In this document: positions 23,071-35,692 of the stretch, one piece after another
Layout of the letters: every line of letters begins with the position of its first letter
How positions within the stretch are numbered: position 1 is the stretch's first letter
DNA from: Octopus vulgaris
Lineage: Eukaryota
Assembly: GCA_951406725.2 (NCBI GenBank)
Contig: OX597821.1
Span: forward strand, 59,644,001 to 59,708,000
DNA length: 64,000 bases
Direction of reading: 5' to 3'
Program-made: the position numbers and the translations under genes
Notes under the pieces: model-generated
The model's database searches: none
Told to the model about the DNA's origin: nothing
The model's input: the letters and a program-made list of their open reading frames with translations, nothing else

Positions 23071-24220
23071 CACCCCAAAAGATTATTGTGCATGTGTGTG
23101 AGTCTGCTTTCTGTCCTTGCATCAGTTTGCTGGATTGTCACCAAATTCAGTCATATCTATTTCAGAATTATTTCCATCTTCAACACATTCAGCAGAACCA
23201 TGCCTCACTTTGACATTTTATTTCTATTTGATTCCTATTATTGGATGCCATTCTTATCACCAACCATTTCACAGAGAGTATTGCATACATCTCATCGTAA
23301 CACCAGCATTAGAGAGATTGTCATTACTTTGTCAAAACAGGAGTAAAGAGTTGTCACTCTTCAATTTAGTCTCTGTTTGTTTACCAACCATTCTTTGTAG
23401 TGTTCAAGGCACATGTTATCCAGTGTTAGGAAGAGTAAGGTTGCATGTACACTGCAAAACTGAAAGGAATCCTAACTATTTTACATTCTGTCTATTTGTT
23501 CATTCTTTCAGGGTAACATGATTTAATAGAGAGAGTAAAAGAGAAGATGATTGAAGATGAACTAGAGTAGGAGGGAAAAGGAAAAAAAATACAATGATAG
23601 GGAGGGGGATTGATGCAGGTGATGGTGTGTAAAAGAAGTAATAAGAGAGACAGATGTAGAGGAGTGAGGGAAAGAGGTAGTGAAGGCTGGGTTTACTGAG
23701 AGGCAGTAATGGATGAGCAACAGGAGGAGGTAGCAAACGCAGGGTTTAATGAGGGAAAGACACTAATGGCAGCATCACATTTTCAAATATATAAAGCATG
23801 CAAGGGATAGCTAGTTATAGAAATGGCCTGAGGCAAAAAGATGTGATGGATGCTAGTTAGTAACGAGTGGTCTGAGAGAAGTGAAGTAACCGGAAGCAGT
23901 ATAGAAGTGAATAGTAATATTGGCTGGAGAGGGAGAGCATGGGCCATGGATGGTCAAGATGGCAATGGAAAGAAAGTGCAGAATGTCAATATTAGAGTGG
24001 GGGGGGCAGGCAGTACAGAGGGATAAATGGGGAGGTATATTGGATACCAAAAGTGCCCATGCAATCCCTTGCTATTTTGTCATTGTAATGGGAGAGAAAC
24101 AATAATGGTAGTGATATGCTTGCTGGTGAGAGAACGAGTGAATGAATGGTAGTTAGTTGCAGAAATGATCAGTGGTAACAGTGTGATGGGCCACATACAG
24201 TGGCATAGCTAGAGTGTATG

Positions 24221-24359
24221 CATAAGCTCAGGAACAGGGTGTGCAGGAGGTGTAAGCACCCCACTAAAATTTGGGGGTGGGGGCAATAAAAATGCTTTGA
24301 ACATCTTGGGTTGGACCTGGATTTTGCACCCCTAAGAAAATTCTGTTCCCACACTTATG
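24221..24359. mobile_element. Small MITE
   Basis: CATAAGCTCAGGAACAG versus CTGTTCCCACACTTATG imperfect TIRs. Confidence 0.5.
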
Positions 24360-24659
24360 AGTGTGTGTGTGTGTTGCAAAGGGAAACCTCCACCCCTCCT
24401 GTACAGCCTATACAGGCTCATACAACAGACCCCAATTTGCAGCCCTCATAAAAGCAGTACCTGAGGCAGACCATCTACCCTCATCTCATCTAGCTGTGCT
24501 ACTAGTAGTATGACGTCGTGAAAAGGCAGGGGGGAGCATTAGAAAGAAAATAGGGTGTCAAGCAGACAAGAGAGACAACAGGTGGAGACTTAACAGGAGC
24601 AAATCAGGCAAAAGCCTAGATGTAGGTATATTATGTATCCCAACTTCCATCACTGCCCT

Positions 24660-24990
24660 CACTCATTTTAACATACATTCACCAAATTCCCACAGCTGGC
24701 CATGTCTTCTCCGGTACTGTGCATCACCAATGAACCTAGAGATCAGTCTTCACCATTTCATCCAAATCTTCCTAGGTGTCTCTCTTCAACAGATACAATT
24801 CATTTTGAACACATGGCATTTCCTTATTCAGCTGTCTTTCTCCAAACACATCACATGTCTATATCAATGCAGTCTTCTCTCTTATAGACTGCACCTGATT
24901 CCTCTTACACCCAGATTTTCTCTTACCTTATTTGAACTCCAGTATTCTAGCACAATGATAATAAACATCCAACAAAACATGTAAATCTCT
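24660..24990 (-). mobile_element. Degenerate RTE LINE 3' fragment
   Basis: Colinear with 27790-28120 (RRLHW.GHV..GRPRKTW-type region). Confidence 0.55.
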
Positions 24991-25459
24991 TTTCTTTCAT
25001 ATCTTCAGAAATCCTTTGTATTCATTGTTAATACTTTGGGTTTGGATACATAAACAAAGCTTCATCTCTTAGAAATGTTCCATGAAGTGAACATCAAGAT
25101 ATTTGTCTACAATTAAGAATATTCCTTTTCTTCAAAATAAAGGAAGAAAATGACCAACTACAACATAGAAAAGAAGAATACCTTTAGGAATTCTAAGTTT
25201 GAAACTAAACCAGAAAGAGTCAACACTGTTACTAAAAATAGCTTCCTCTATGCAGATTACTCAATAACATGTGTTTTTGAAAAGCTGTAAACAGTGAAAG
25301 CACTTACACACTATGAACGCTTTTTTCTAAAAGACTTGCATCATTCAGTTTTTTTTGAGATTTCTTTTTATATAATTAATAAGTTTTAATTTCAGAAAAT
25401 ATTTCCTCAAGTATTATGACTACATCAATAATTCTTTCTAAAACATTTTTTAAATATAC

Positions 25460-25780
25460 GCAAGGATGACTGTCTGGTTTAGTAGTTTACTTTGCAGCCG
25501 CATGGTTTTGGTTTCAGTCCCACAGCACAACACCTTCAGCAGGTGTTTTCTATTATAGGCCTGGACTGACCAATGCCTTCTGAATAAATTTGCTAAACGG
25601 AAACTGTGTGGAAATGTAATGAGTGTGTGTGTGTGTGTGAGGCCAGACCCCACCTACCCACCACTTGACAACCAGTGTTGGTTTGTTTACATCCCGGTAA
25701 CTTAACCAGTTTGGCAAAAGAGCCTGATAGACTAAGTACCAGATTTAAAAATAAGTACCGGGGTCAATTTGTTTAACTAT
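25460..25780 (+). mobile_element. SINE family A, diverged
   Basis: Colinear family motifs. Confidence 0.75.
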
Positions 25781-26064
25781 ATGACGATATGTGTGTGTGT
25801 GTGTTTATAAGCATGCACATGCACCCATAAGCATACACACACACACACACACACATACACATACATATTTGAAAGGTGACATTGACTTTGAGGTTTTGCC
25901 AAATCTGGCTTTTCAAACTCTGTTATTAGAGAAGATATTAGTCAAATAGTTGTAATGGGTGGAGTATCATTATCGATGAAAGATAATGAAAAGAGCTAAT
26001 GAAAATGGTTGAAGTGAGGTAAGACACAGTAACAGGGAACGTAGAAAATAAAAGAGGAACATTT

Positions 26065-27375
26065 ATAGGATATGTGTCAGAGGAAAATTTTGAGTGTATC
26101 AGGCTAAGTTTAAAATATAATATACATGTATATATTTTATATAATAACTTAAATAATAACTCAGATATGTTTTAGCCAAAGTTTGGCCTAGGCTATGTCT
26201 AACTTAATATTATTGACAGTGACTTCAAAGTTTCAACCAGCTAAGTCATTGGTGGACAATAATATTCCTGTTTAAAAATAACAAATTTGTACTCTACAAA
26301 GCTATAGAGAAATCCATTTATGAAATGATGCGCCTACCTTAATGGATTTCCTCCTTTTTACTGAAACCTTGTTTGATCAAAGCCATCAATGAAGACATAC
26401 AGTTGTGAGAAGTTGTGTTGGATATTGCTTCAACTGCACCCCATAGCCAAAAATCATACAATTTCAAACCTGGTGAGCTAGAGGGCCAGATATCTTTAGG
26501 GAGAAACATGGGCAATTCTTTATTCAAAACATTTTGCACTCTTTTTGAAGAACGGGCAGGTGTGGAGTCCTGTGCAAGTATGACTTGACTCGCATCATAA
26601 TACTTCCTAATCCAAGGCAACAAAACTTCTAAGATTTTGAGATACTCTGCTGTGTTGATTTTAAGACCCACTTCTATAAAATGAAACGGCATCAATTTCC
26701 CATTGCTTGCAACAGCTCCAAAACCCATGATGAAAGCTGGATTTTTGCTATGCATTGCTGAAGAAACTTGGGAAGGGTCGAACACTATGACTTGCAAATT
26801 TTGACAGCTTGCAACTTTGTCTACCTTGAATTTCTTTTCATCCACAAAGATGCAGACGTCTCTGCTGCAATGTTTCAAATGACTAAGAAGTTTCGGACTT
26901 TTTTCAGCTTGAATGGCTTTGGAGTGGGTTGTTAGGATGTTACAGCATCTCCTCACATATGATTTCATATGGAGGTCTTATCTCACAGCCCTGGATCAAT
27001 CTTGAGCCAACTTTGCATTGATTTTGATGGGTTCGACTCATATGATCTTTTAAGTCCTGCTAAGAAGCGAAGTATGCATTTTTAGTCACTGCGAAGACTG
27101 CGAGGCTTTCTCTGAACATCCTGACTTTTCTTCAAATTGGCTACAACTCTAAAAACAGTAGATTTGGCATACTTTGTGGCTGTAAAGATCTCCCCAGCCC
27201 TTTTGCTGGCACTTCTTCAGTTTAATTCATTATTAACATTCATAATTTGTTGAATCAGAAATAAAAAAACAGTACAAGTGATTAAGTGATTATTCAAGCT
27301 GGGAATACTCAAAATTTAGACTCCAACAAAATCTATACCCATTTAAAATTTGCCCCAATCTACCTGTTACACCCT

Positions 27376-27376
<1 letters not shown>
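26065..27376 (-). mobile_element. Tc1/mariner-superfamily DD37D (maT) transposon, decayed
   Basis: Terminus CAGGGTGTAACAGG flanked by TA at 27377-27378; internal transposase remnant; left end degenerate and approximate. Confidence 0.75.
26339..26968 (-). pseudogene. DD37D transposase catalytic domain, N-terminus disrupted
   Basis: FVDEKKF..QDSTPA..WPSSSPGLKLYDFWLWG, with 37 residues between the second and third Asp. Confidence 0.85.
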
Positions 27377-27419
<43 letters not shown>

Positions 27420-27421
<2 letters not shown>

Positions 27422-27620
27422 TCATCATCATCATCATCATTGTTTAACGTCCGTTTTCCATGCTAGCATGGGTTAGACAGTTTGACCAGGTCTGGGATGC
27501 CAGGAGGCTGCACCAGGCTCCAGTCTGATTTGGCAGTGTTTCTACAGCTGGATGCCCTTCCTAATGCCAACCACTCCGTGAGTGTAGTGGGTGCTTTTTA
27601 TGTGCCACCGGCACAGGTAC
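27420..27620 (-). mobile_element. Family D tail next to the RTE LINE 3' end
   Basis: (CAT)n TTTAACGTCCGTTTTCCATGCTAGCATGGG..GGTGCTTTTTATGTGCCACCGGCAC. Confidence 0.8.
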
Positions 27621-27773
27621 CCAACAACAATTTCCATTTGACTTTTATTTGATGTTGATGTACTTGACTTGCCCTACAATCCAAGGTAAGCACAGCAGGC
27701 TGTTCTGTGATCCAAGTTACTTTGGATGGGCTGGGGTTGCTATGTGAGGCTGGTGCAGGAAACAGCCATGAAC

Positions 27774-29003
27774 TCACGTTATTTCTCGGGTCTTCGCAGT
27801 CACAGCACATCTCCAGAGATCTTGATCTTTTGTCATTGCCTCTATGAGGCTCAACATTCGAAGGTCATTCTTGACCACTTCATCCCATGTCTTCCTGGGT
27901 CTACCTCTACCCTGGATTCCTTCCACTGTTTGGGAGTGGCACTTCTTCACACATCTCTCCTCATCCATCTATTGTACATGTCCATACCAGTGCAAACGTC
28001 TCTCTTGCATGCCACATCCAATGCTTCTTATGTCCAGCATTTCTCTTAGGGCACTTACACTCTGTCGTGTGTGCACACTGACATTACACATCCAGCGGAT
28101 TATGCTAGCTTCATTTCTTTCAAGCCTACACATGTCCTCTGTAGTCACAGCCCATGTTTCACTACTGTGAAGCATGGCAGTTCGCACACATGTGTCGTAC
28201 AATCTACCTATCACTTTGAGTGAGAGACCCTTTGTCACCAGTAGGGGTAGAAGCTTTCTAAACTTTGCCCAGGTTATTCGTATTCTAGTGGTGACACTCT
28301 CTGAGCATCCACCTCCACTACTAACTTGGTCACCTAGGTAGCAGAAACTATCAACTACTTCTTGTTTCTCCCCCTGGAGTGTGATGGAAACTTTTTTCTG
28401 AGCATCTGTGGTGTCTATTGTCCCTGTGCATCTGCTGCACATGAAAGCTATCTTTTCAGTTAATTTTCTTTTGATGTTGCTGCACCTCTTATGCGTCCAT
28501 AGCTTACACTAGGTACATCTTATGGAGTTTCTACCTACACCTTTTCTACAGATCGAGCAGGGCCACCTACTTGAGGGGGTGTGTGATGAGTTCACCTTCC
28601 TACTTACTATAACTTTGGTCTATGAATTTATGAAAGTATGTATGCAGTGTTGTGTGTATACCACTGAATGACAGCTGTATTAACATTACAGTCCCACTAC
28701 CACTCCATATTTGTCGCTTACACAATTTTATTCTTCCCTTTTCTGATATCAGCCATACTAACTATGCCACCATATTTCCTTCATGCCAACACTTTTGTAT
28801 CCTTCTCACTTTAAGGCCTGTACAGTCCTTATTAACCATTCGTCAATTTCCAGTTTCTGCATCGCCCGCCAGATAAGGGATCGGGGGACCCTATCAAAGG
28901 CTTTCTCCAAGTACACAAAAGCTAAGTAGGGGGGTTTATTTTTAGCTAGGTATTTCTCCTGCAGTTGTCAAACCAGGAATATGGCATCAGTGGTGCTTCT
29001 ACT
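27774..29003 (-). pseudogene. RTE-clade LINE reverse transcriptase fragment with Cys/His finger insertion; interrupted ~28620-28815
   Basis: RSTTDAIFLV..EKAFDRVPR; WPCSICRKGVGRNSIRC..CKLWTHKRC..CSRC; FCYLGD..SETWA..RRLHWYGHV; GRGRPRKTWDEVVKNDL; in-frame stops present. Confidence 0.9.
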
Positions 29004-29009
29004 TGTTGG

Positions 29010-29220
29010 CCGGACAAACACAGACATACAAACATATACACACACATACATATATATACATATATACGACGGGCTTCTTTCAGTTTCTGTCTACCAAATC
29101 CACTAACAAGGCTTTGGTCGGCCCTAGGCTATAGTAGAAGACACTTGCCCAAGGTGGCAATGGACCTGGAACCATGTGGTTGGTAAGCAAGCTACTTACC
29201 ACATAGCCACTCCTGCACCT
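29010..29220 (-). mobile_element. SINE family A 5' half
   Basis: Head and internal microsatellite present. Confidence 0.85.
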
Positions 29221-30009
29221 AATACCACACTACATAAATATAAAACCTAAGACCAAGAGACAGACAGATGGACCTGCACCCGACATAGAGTAGAGAGCAG
29301 TTTATCATTGAAGGAGTCTCAAACGGTGACAAAATGACTTTGACAAGCATGACTGATTGATTGATTAACCAAATGATTATTCAAACAACTTATTAGTCAA
29401 TTGGTTAAATAGTTAAGCAATTATCAAATAATAAAGAAGTGAAATGGAACCAGTGTGTGTGTTTATTACTGGCATAACAAGCCTCCTAGATACAACTAAT
29501 TTTACTGTATTTTCTGACATAAATGTTGATGTTGTATACAATATAAACATGTAGTGTAAGAATTCAAATAGCATCACTGTCTTTCCAAATTCTACTGCAT
29601 TTCACATGGAATTTTTGGTCCATCAAAGCCATCTTTGTGTATAAGTCAACCCACTTTTCGTGGCTGTAAATTTTAGTCTGAAAAATTCAACTTGTATTTT
29701 GAGTGATATGGTAATTATTTATTTTGAAATATCCTGGTATTTTCTGGCACTGTGTGTTAGTGTGAATGAGAGAAATAATTTTTAATTGGATGCCTTGAAT
29801 AATTCATGTCATTTCAACTAGATTTGGAAATCATTTGGAATATCAGATGGATTGTTTCCAAACTGTTTATATTATAATTTACAAATGTGTGTTTTCATAA
29901 AATTATTGATTACTGTGTGTAATCTCCTGAAGAAATGTGTTAGCTCAGAAGAGATTAATTCTGATCTTTGCTTGGTTGAGAATCTTTGATATAATTCCCC
30001 CTTTCTGTC

Positions 30010-30105
30010 TTTGTTTGTCTGTCTGTCTATCTGTCTATCTGACTCACTCACTCACTCACACACACGCGTGCACATGCACACACACACACACACGCGCGCA
30101 CACAC

Positions 30106-30146
<41 letters not shown>
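30010..30146. repeat. Compound (GTCT)/(CTCA)/(CA)n microsatellite
   Basis: Direct reading. Confidence 0.95.
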
Positions 30147-30147
<1 letters not shown>

Positions 30148-30614
30148 CACATTTTCTGCTATTTTCTTGTCTTGTCTCTTATCATGTGACCATATACACT
30201 TGTAAATATATATGTAAAGAAATTTATAGATTTATATATGAGTGGTGGGAGCACATACGTATGTATATGTGTATATGTGAGAGAGAGACAGAAGGAGAGA
30301 AGGTGTGTGTGAGAGAGAGAGAATCCTTGTAACTCAACAGTATGTTTAAAAAGTTGATATTTCTTTAATTCAAGATTTCCAAAGAAAACCAAAACTGTGA
30401 TAACATTATCATTAAAAATATAATAAAAAATCTAAAATATTAATTTTCCAGTTGGCTCACGGAAATAAAATGATAACATTATTTGCAATGATTACTTCAG
30501 AATACAGAAATAAGGAATGATAATTAAAATTGTTTAAAATTGTTGTTGGTCAACTTTAATCAAGCAGACATGCCAATGATCAAATGTTTCAGTTATCACA
30601 AACCTTTTCTTTTA

Positions 30615-30790
30615 CATCATCATCGTTTAGCATCCGTTTTCCATGCTAGCATGGGTTGGACGGTTCTACTGGGGTCTGTGAAGCCAGAAGGCTTCATCAG
30701 GCCCAGTCAAAATCTGGCAGTGTTTCTACGGCTGGATGCCCTTCCTAACGCCAACCACTCCGTGAGTGTAGTGGGTGCTTTTTACGTGCC
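30615..30790 (-). mobile_element. Family D retroposon tail
   Basis: CATCATCATCGTTTA..CCATGCTAGCATGGGTTGGACGG..GGTGCTTTTTACGTGCC. Confidence 0.8.
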
Positions 30791-31399
30791 CTAAGTAGAA
30801 ATTTCCTTCTGACCCATATTACCCAATCTACTTTTTTTGTATGTTAGTAGAATGTGTAGTGATCTCATACAGCCAGGTATGATATTGTGAAACCAAAAAC
30901 CTGATCCTCCATGGTTTTTGCACCCAAGTTTTCTTCACCAAACACAGCAGTATTATGGCAACCATTTTTTCTATATAAAGTTGAATTCAAAAGACTCTCT
31001 CTTTCTTTCTTATTTGGTATCAAGCCACCATGAGAAAGTTGTTTCATGTCACTCTTTTTCCAACAAGGATGTAGTAAATACAACACACAAAACAGATATG
31101 TCCACTCAAATTTTCTGCTGTCTTAAATTAAACAACACTTTAAGCTGAATAAAAAATCGATTTCCTGAATCTCTTACACATGCAAGCATGTATCTGACTC
31201 ATACACTGTTCACTTTCCAGACATTTGTACATTACTCCATATGTTTTACATGCACTTTTGACAAGTTGTGGTGCACCTGAGCACTGTATACAATAATTTC
31301 ATTATTATTATTTCAGTTGATTACAACCATGTATGTTACTTTCTTTTATCTATTTCCCTTAGTGCATACATGCATGCACATGCACTCACATACACACAC

Positions 31400-31880
31400 A
31401 CATATACATAGATAGTCAGCTTCCACACAGTTTCCGTTCACCAAATTCACTCACAAGGCATTGGTTGATCTAATTCTACATTTGCTAAGCATAAACATAT
31501 GGTAAATGATGGTGGTGGTGGTGGTGTTGGTGGTCTCTGTATTAGCATAAGAAGACAACTAAGGTGTCACAGTGAAACTAAACCTGAGCTGGTAGAAACG
31601 TTAGCACGCCGGGCGAAATGCTTAGCGGTATTTCGTCTGCCGCTACGTTCTGAGTTCAAATTCCGTCAAAGTCGACTTTGCCATTCATCCTTTCAGGGTC
31701 GATTAAATAAGTAAATAAGTACCAGTTACGCACTGGAGTCGATATAATTGACTTAATCCATTTGTCTGTCCTTGTTTGTCCCCTCTGTGTTTAGCCCCTT
31801 GTGGGTAGTGAAGAAATAGAAACTAAGCCAAAATTATGAGGCTGCGAAACAAGTATCTTAACCACACAGTCATGCTTGCA
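31400..31880 (-). mobile_element. SINE family A containing a nested SINE C (+, ~31587-31820) and a templated patch (31468-31550)
   Basis: The C copy is flanked by a GAAACTAAACC / GAAACTAAGCC duplication, and A sequence resumes after it. Confidence 0.7.
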
Positions 31881-31942
31881 CTTCTTTTATTCTCTATAGG
31901 TTCATTTAATGAAAGATTTGGCTGTTATTTGTAGCAGCTTAA

Positions 31943-32164
31943 CCCTTTTGTTACTGTATTTATTTTGAGATGCTCTGTGTTTCTTTCAATTATTTTTAAA
32001 ATAATGAAGAATTTAGTAAAATAACTGGGTCATCATTAAGCTAGTGTTAGGGAACATAAATTGTGACCAAGGTCTGGTGGAAGATTTTAATTCAAAACTT
32101 ATGAAAATGAGACATTTGAACTACAGAGCCAGAGCTGGTTTCAGCCGGGTTGGTATCAAAAGGG
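31943..32164. mobile_element. piggyBac-type MITE
   Basis: TTAA on both sides; TIR CCCTTTTGTTAC / GTATCAAAAGGG; related fragment at ~12640-12850. Confidence 0.85.
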
Positions 32165-32580
32165 TTAAGCAACCACATAGAGACTTTGGCTTATGATGCC
32201 TTTGCTTTTCTGTTGTGATAACAATAATGCTTGTCAAGTAATTCTTTTCAAATTGCATCCAAACTCAATATTCAGTAAGAATTTTCCAACGTATGAAAAG
32301 CCAATTTCACAGAGATTTTTCTCTGCAAGGACACATAATTGTCGTTGACATCATTGTTGTTGGTGTTGTTGTTGTTGATTATAATGTTTACATCATTTCA
32401 GAAACAAATAAAGAAAAGGGAAAAGATAGAAAAAAGTAAGAGACCTCCATCATTGCTTTGTACAGTTGAACACCTTCCCGAATATGCAGTCAGGTAAAAA
32501 GAAATTGTTCAATACGCATGACTAATGATGTGTCATAGCACATCTCTTTGTTATCATCAAATAAAGAAATATGTGAGCAA

Positions 32581-32625
<45 letters not shown>

Positions 32626-33459
32626 AGTGTGTGTGTGAGTGTGTGTGTGTATGATATGAGTATAAGCATGCTTTGTTATATGAAGGCTTAACATTCTGTA
32701 TTTTAAAATGTGTATGAATTCAATGTATATTTTTAGTATATCTCTCTCTATATAAATAGTTTTGTATATCAATATATAATTATATACACTTACTCTCCCT
32801 CACACTTACATGTACATACAAGTACACACACACACACATCTGCACACTCACACATTCGCACGCACACACACACACACACACACACACAAATACATGTACA
32901 CACACATATCCACGCAGTACAGATGTTCACGCACATTGCATAATGTAGTCCTACATACAGAAAAAGACAAGATGGTTACAAGTGAAACACCTTTGATCAT
33001 AGGTCTAACTATTCAGGCAGGGCAAGCTCAGGGCTAAAACAACAACAAACAATCCTTAGATATTATACATCCAACCAATGCTATTCTTTCATCTAATTCT
33101 ACATTTGCTAAGCATAAACAGGCGGTGGCGGTGGTGGCAGCGGCGGCTATTGTTGTTGTTGTTGTATTAGCATCAGGACATTGTCATAACACCAGTTCAA
33201 CTTTTTCCAAAGTTTTGACCTGATCAATTATTGCTGGTGTTTAGCCTAAAGTCAGCCTTGATCATTCTTAGCAAACCTTGGATCAAAGGCATTCTGGCTT
33301 ATTAAGTTTATGATGGATAACAATTGCCTATTTATCCTTTCTTATAGGGTATAATTTTATAGAATTTAGCTATTATTTCATGCATGCCAAGTGATTGTAT
33401 TGAGGCTCTGTTATTGGCTTGTTAGATGGACTATAAGATAAGAATAGATTGGGTACAAA

Positions 33460-33630
33460 GGCGCAGGAGTGGTTGTGTGGTAAGTAGCTTGCTTACTAAC
33501 CACATGGTTCTGGGTTCAGTTCCACTGCATGGCACCATGGGCAAATGTCTTCTACTATAGCCTCGGGCTGACTAAAGCCTTGTGAGTGGATTTGGTAGAT
33601 GGAAACTGAAAGAAGCCCATCGTATGTGTG
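33460..33630 (+). mobile_element. SINE family A 5' half
   Basis: GGCGCAGGAGTGG head to AAGAAGCCCATCG. Confidence 0.85.
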
Positions 33631-34244
33631 TGGCTTCCACTGGTCAAGGTAAGTATTTTAACTTGTGATAGATGAGGGCAACACAAATCATTTCATGGAA
33701 AGGATAAAACCCTTTCCTTTTAATCTATACTTACTGATGGATAAAGATAACTTACACAAAACCAAGTCCACTTTTCCAGTCTCTCCTGCTGCCATGACCA
33801 GATCATTCGGACATTCAAGAACAGTCTGAATTACATAGATTTTATGTAAGCTGAATGAATACCTCTCTGAACTTGACACATCTAGACACTGCGTAAAAAA
33901 TGTGTAAAGCTTGTCCAGTCATGTTTTTAGTTCACTTGTTGTCAGCCTGTCTTTCAAGTTCAGTATAGCATGTCCAACAAAACATAGTCAAGTTAACTTC
34001 CTAGATGGCAGAAATATTTCGTATTCACTGCTATGCAATAACATATTTCTTATAATACGTGTCTCATACAGTCTGCATTTTGCATGGACAAGAAAGTTTA
34101 CATAACCAATAAAGTAGCTGTTCTTATGTCATTTTCTATCTTCAGACTCAAATACTATACTAGCTGGAGCTCTCCTTCTATGAGACACACAGATTTCAAA
34201 CAACCCTACCCAGCATGCATATATTTGTGTGTATACATACACTG

Positions 34245-34410
34245 GTGCTTGGTGCCTTATAAAAAGCATGCAGTATACTCTGTAAAGTGGTGGGCATTAG
34301 GAAGGGCATCCAGCCATAGAAACCATGCCAAAACAGAGAATAGAGCCTGGTGTTGCCAGTTCCTGTCATACTGTCCAACCTATGCCAGCAATGGAAAACG
34401 GACATTAACT
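34245..34410 (+). mobile_element. Family D retroposon tail
   Basis: GGAAGGGCATCCAGCC..GGAAAACGGACATTAA. Confidence 0.7.
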
Positions 34411-34539
34411 CTTACTTTCATGTACGGTTCTCTATGTTTTAATTCCTCGTTCATAGAAGGATTTAGCAAAAGAGGCTAAAAACAGGTATATTTAGAATGT
34501 AAAAACTTTTATGAAACCTTTTGTGTGCATATATGACCT

Positions 34540-35215
34540 TGAAATGTTACAGGTGAGCTGACAAAATATACAAGTAGGCTGAAAAGAATAGCATGCAGTT
34601 TAATGCTGAAAAGTTTCAAGCCTTGTGCTATCACCATGCAAAACTAAATGCAATACCCATTAAATACATTGGACCTGGAGGGATTGTAATCCCAGAGGCA
34701 CAGTCAGTGCAAGACCTGGGCATTTACATGAGTAATGATGCATCCTTCCATGTGCATGTTGCTGAATTAGCAATGAAATGCAGATGCTTGACTGGATGGA
34801 TTCTTAGAACTTTTAGAACAAGAGATCAGGAAACCATGATGGTCCTCTGGAGGACACTTGTCCAAAGCCACTTTGACTATTGCTCTCAGCTATGGTAACC
34901 AGTGTCAAATTAATCTCAGAACTTGAGGCAAGCCAACGAAACTAAACAAAGAAGATAGCCTCTATGCAGCATATAAGCTACTGGGAAAGACTCTATTCCT
35001 TAGAGCGTAGGCAAGAAAGATATGCCATAATATACATCTGGAAGATCCTGGAAGGACTTGTCCCAAACTTTGGCATTGAGAATTACACAAATACTAGAAC
35101 TGGGCACCACTGCATAGTGCCAAGGATCCAAATTTGCCATCAAAATGTAGGACAAGATACTGCAATAATCTGGGCTTCAGAGGTATACAGCTCTTCAATA
35201 TCTTCCCGAAGATAT
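34540..35215 (+). pseudogene. CR1-group LINE RT C-terminal fragment
   Basis: MQFNAEKFQAL..VQDLGIYMS..GWILRTF..HFDYCSQLW and SYWERL..SLERRQERY..IWKILEGLVPN, with stops and frameshifts. Confidence 0.85.
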
Positions 35216-35416
35216 ACGCATCTAAATATAAGTATATGTATGTATATATATATATATATATAAACACTCATGCACACACACACATAAATATACATTCATA
35301 AACAATAGATACAAGTAGGTATGCACATAAGCACACATACATATATGTACACCAATTAATGTAAATGAATATATATATAAAGAACTGGACATATATGCGC
35401 ATATATATATACATAT

Positions 35417-35640
35417 AGTAAATCCATAAAAAGAAGAACAAACACAAAAAAAAACAACAACGCGAGGATGTGGTACATGTAAAGTATTAGCAGACGCTAA
35501 GGGAAGGAAAGAAAGGTGGTTTAATGTTTCCAGCAACACTCTTCTTCAGAAATAGAGGAAAGTGCAATAGAAAGGAAGACGGAGGAAGAAAATCACTAAC
35601 GATTCACATTTGGATACATTTTGAAATGACCAGAATAGAA
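35417..35640 (-). mobile_element. Penelope-like remnant abutting (TA)n, with a degenerate minimal hammerhead
   Basis: Minus strand TTT-CTGAAGA-AGAGTGTTGCTG-GAAA-CATT-AAAC at 35555-35518. Confidence 0.55.
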
Positions 35641-35692
35641 TGGGTGAAGAAAAAGTTCTTTCTAAGACAGGTGACTGTAAGAGAAGGAGATT

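Noticed and set aside
29937-30332. ORFs with HTHT, YIYI or CVCV runs throughout the window
   Set aside because: Dinucleotide microsatellite and SINE read-through
32466-32493. 28-nt plus-strand micro-exon (CAG|TTGAAC..GTCAG|GTAAAA)
   Set aside because: Such signal pairs arise by chance in 64 kb, and there is no supporting plus-strand gene model
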